Assembly (NCBI GenBank): GCA_043732705.1
Contig: JAYTHE010000011.1
Location: 71,605-135,604 of the forward strand
Source of the DNA: Candidatus Omnitrophota bacterium
GTDB taxonomy: Bacteria; Omnitrophota; Omnitrophia; Omnitrophales; Aquincolibacteriaceae
Direction: 5' to 3'
Length of the DNA stretch: 64,000 nt
The translations under genes and the position numbers were made by a program. Under the pieces are notes generated by a model. It searched no databases. It saw only the letters and a list, made by a program, of their open reading frames with translations, and was not told where the DNA came from. Shown piece after piece: positions 63,998 through 64,000 of this stretch. Positions within the stretch are counted from its first letter, which is position 1. Each line of letters begins with the position of its first letter.

Positions 63998-64000
63998 ACA

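Noticed and set aside
1-64000. Assignment to a named organism or phylum.
   Set aside because: Moderate GC, SD usage and extreme gene size hint at an uncultivated lineage known for giant genes. Nothing in the sequence (no rRNA/tRNA or marker genes) allows a defensible taxonomic call.

Overview
Two giant co-directional minus-strand genes fill about 97% of this 64-kb window. Two small genes and one AT-rich intergenic/promoter region lie between them. I found no rRNA, tRNA, CRISPR array, IS element or prophage.

Gene A (63997..34337, minus; N-terminus beyond the window end; >=9,886 aa) is a mosaic protein:
- a beta-rich extracellular-like region;
- an array of ~9 tandem ~110-aa repeats;
- a ~540-aa Gly/Ala-rich multi-pass transmembrane block;
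- a C-terminal half with a coiled-coil, an SF2 helicase-like ATPase (Walker A AGTGVGKT, DEAQ box, SAT, QIIGRDRSNKG), two HExxH motifs and a GNAT acetyltransferase core (RGSGLGAAF).

Gene B (32460..<1, minus) is absent from the supplied ORF track. It starts at ATG 32458-32460 with a signal/TM-anchor-like N-terminus. I scanned its frame triplet by triplet over 1-11,040 and 15,001-15,600 and found no stop codon. The track lists no ORF of any size in this frame across 1-32,460. I therefore call one ORF of >=10,820 codons that runs off the left edge. Its domain order, N to C, is:
- ten ~590-aa super-repeats, each a PD40/WD40-like beta-propeller plus a helical segment, punctuated by a conserved motif [ST]LW[LF]-x(8-18)-RSE[ML]R;
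- six tandem MoxR/AAA_5-type AAA+ domains. Odd domains have GETxGGKS Walker A and LLDExN Walker B; even domains have GQSGGGKT/S and VLEE[IL]N;
- a linker with a zincin-like HEAMH...E motif;
- a Gly/Gln/Lys/Glu low-complexity tether;
- a VWA domain with an intact MIDAS motif (DESGS);
- an eleventh propeller/helical module.

The six-AAA ring, linker, low-complexity tether and C-terminal MIDAS together are the defining architecture of eukaryotic midasin (Rea1/Mdn1). Here it is fused to ~6,000 aa of propeller repeats and an N-terminal membrane anchor. I regard this membrane-tethered bacterial 'mega-midasin', paired with the giant gene-A membrane protein, as the candidate undescribed system.

The domain calls come from motif recognition by hand translation and need HMM and structure confirmation. 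Taxonomy is not determinable from the sequence. The window has moderate GC and a strong AGGGGGA Shine-Dalgarno (ribosome-binding site, RBS) before one small gene.
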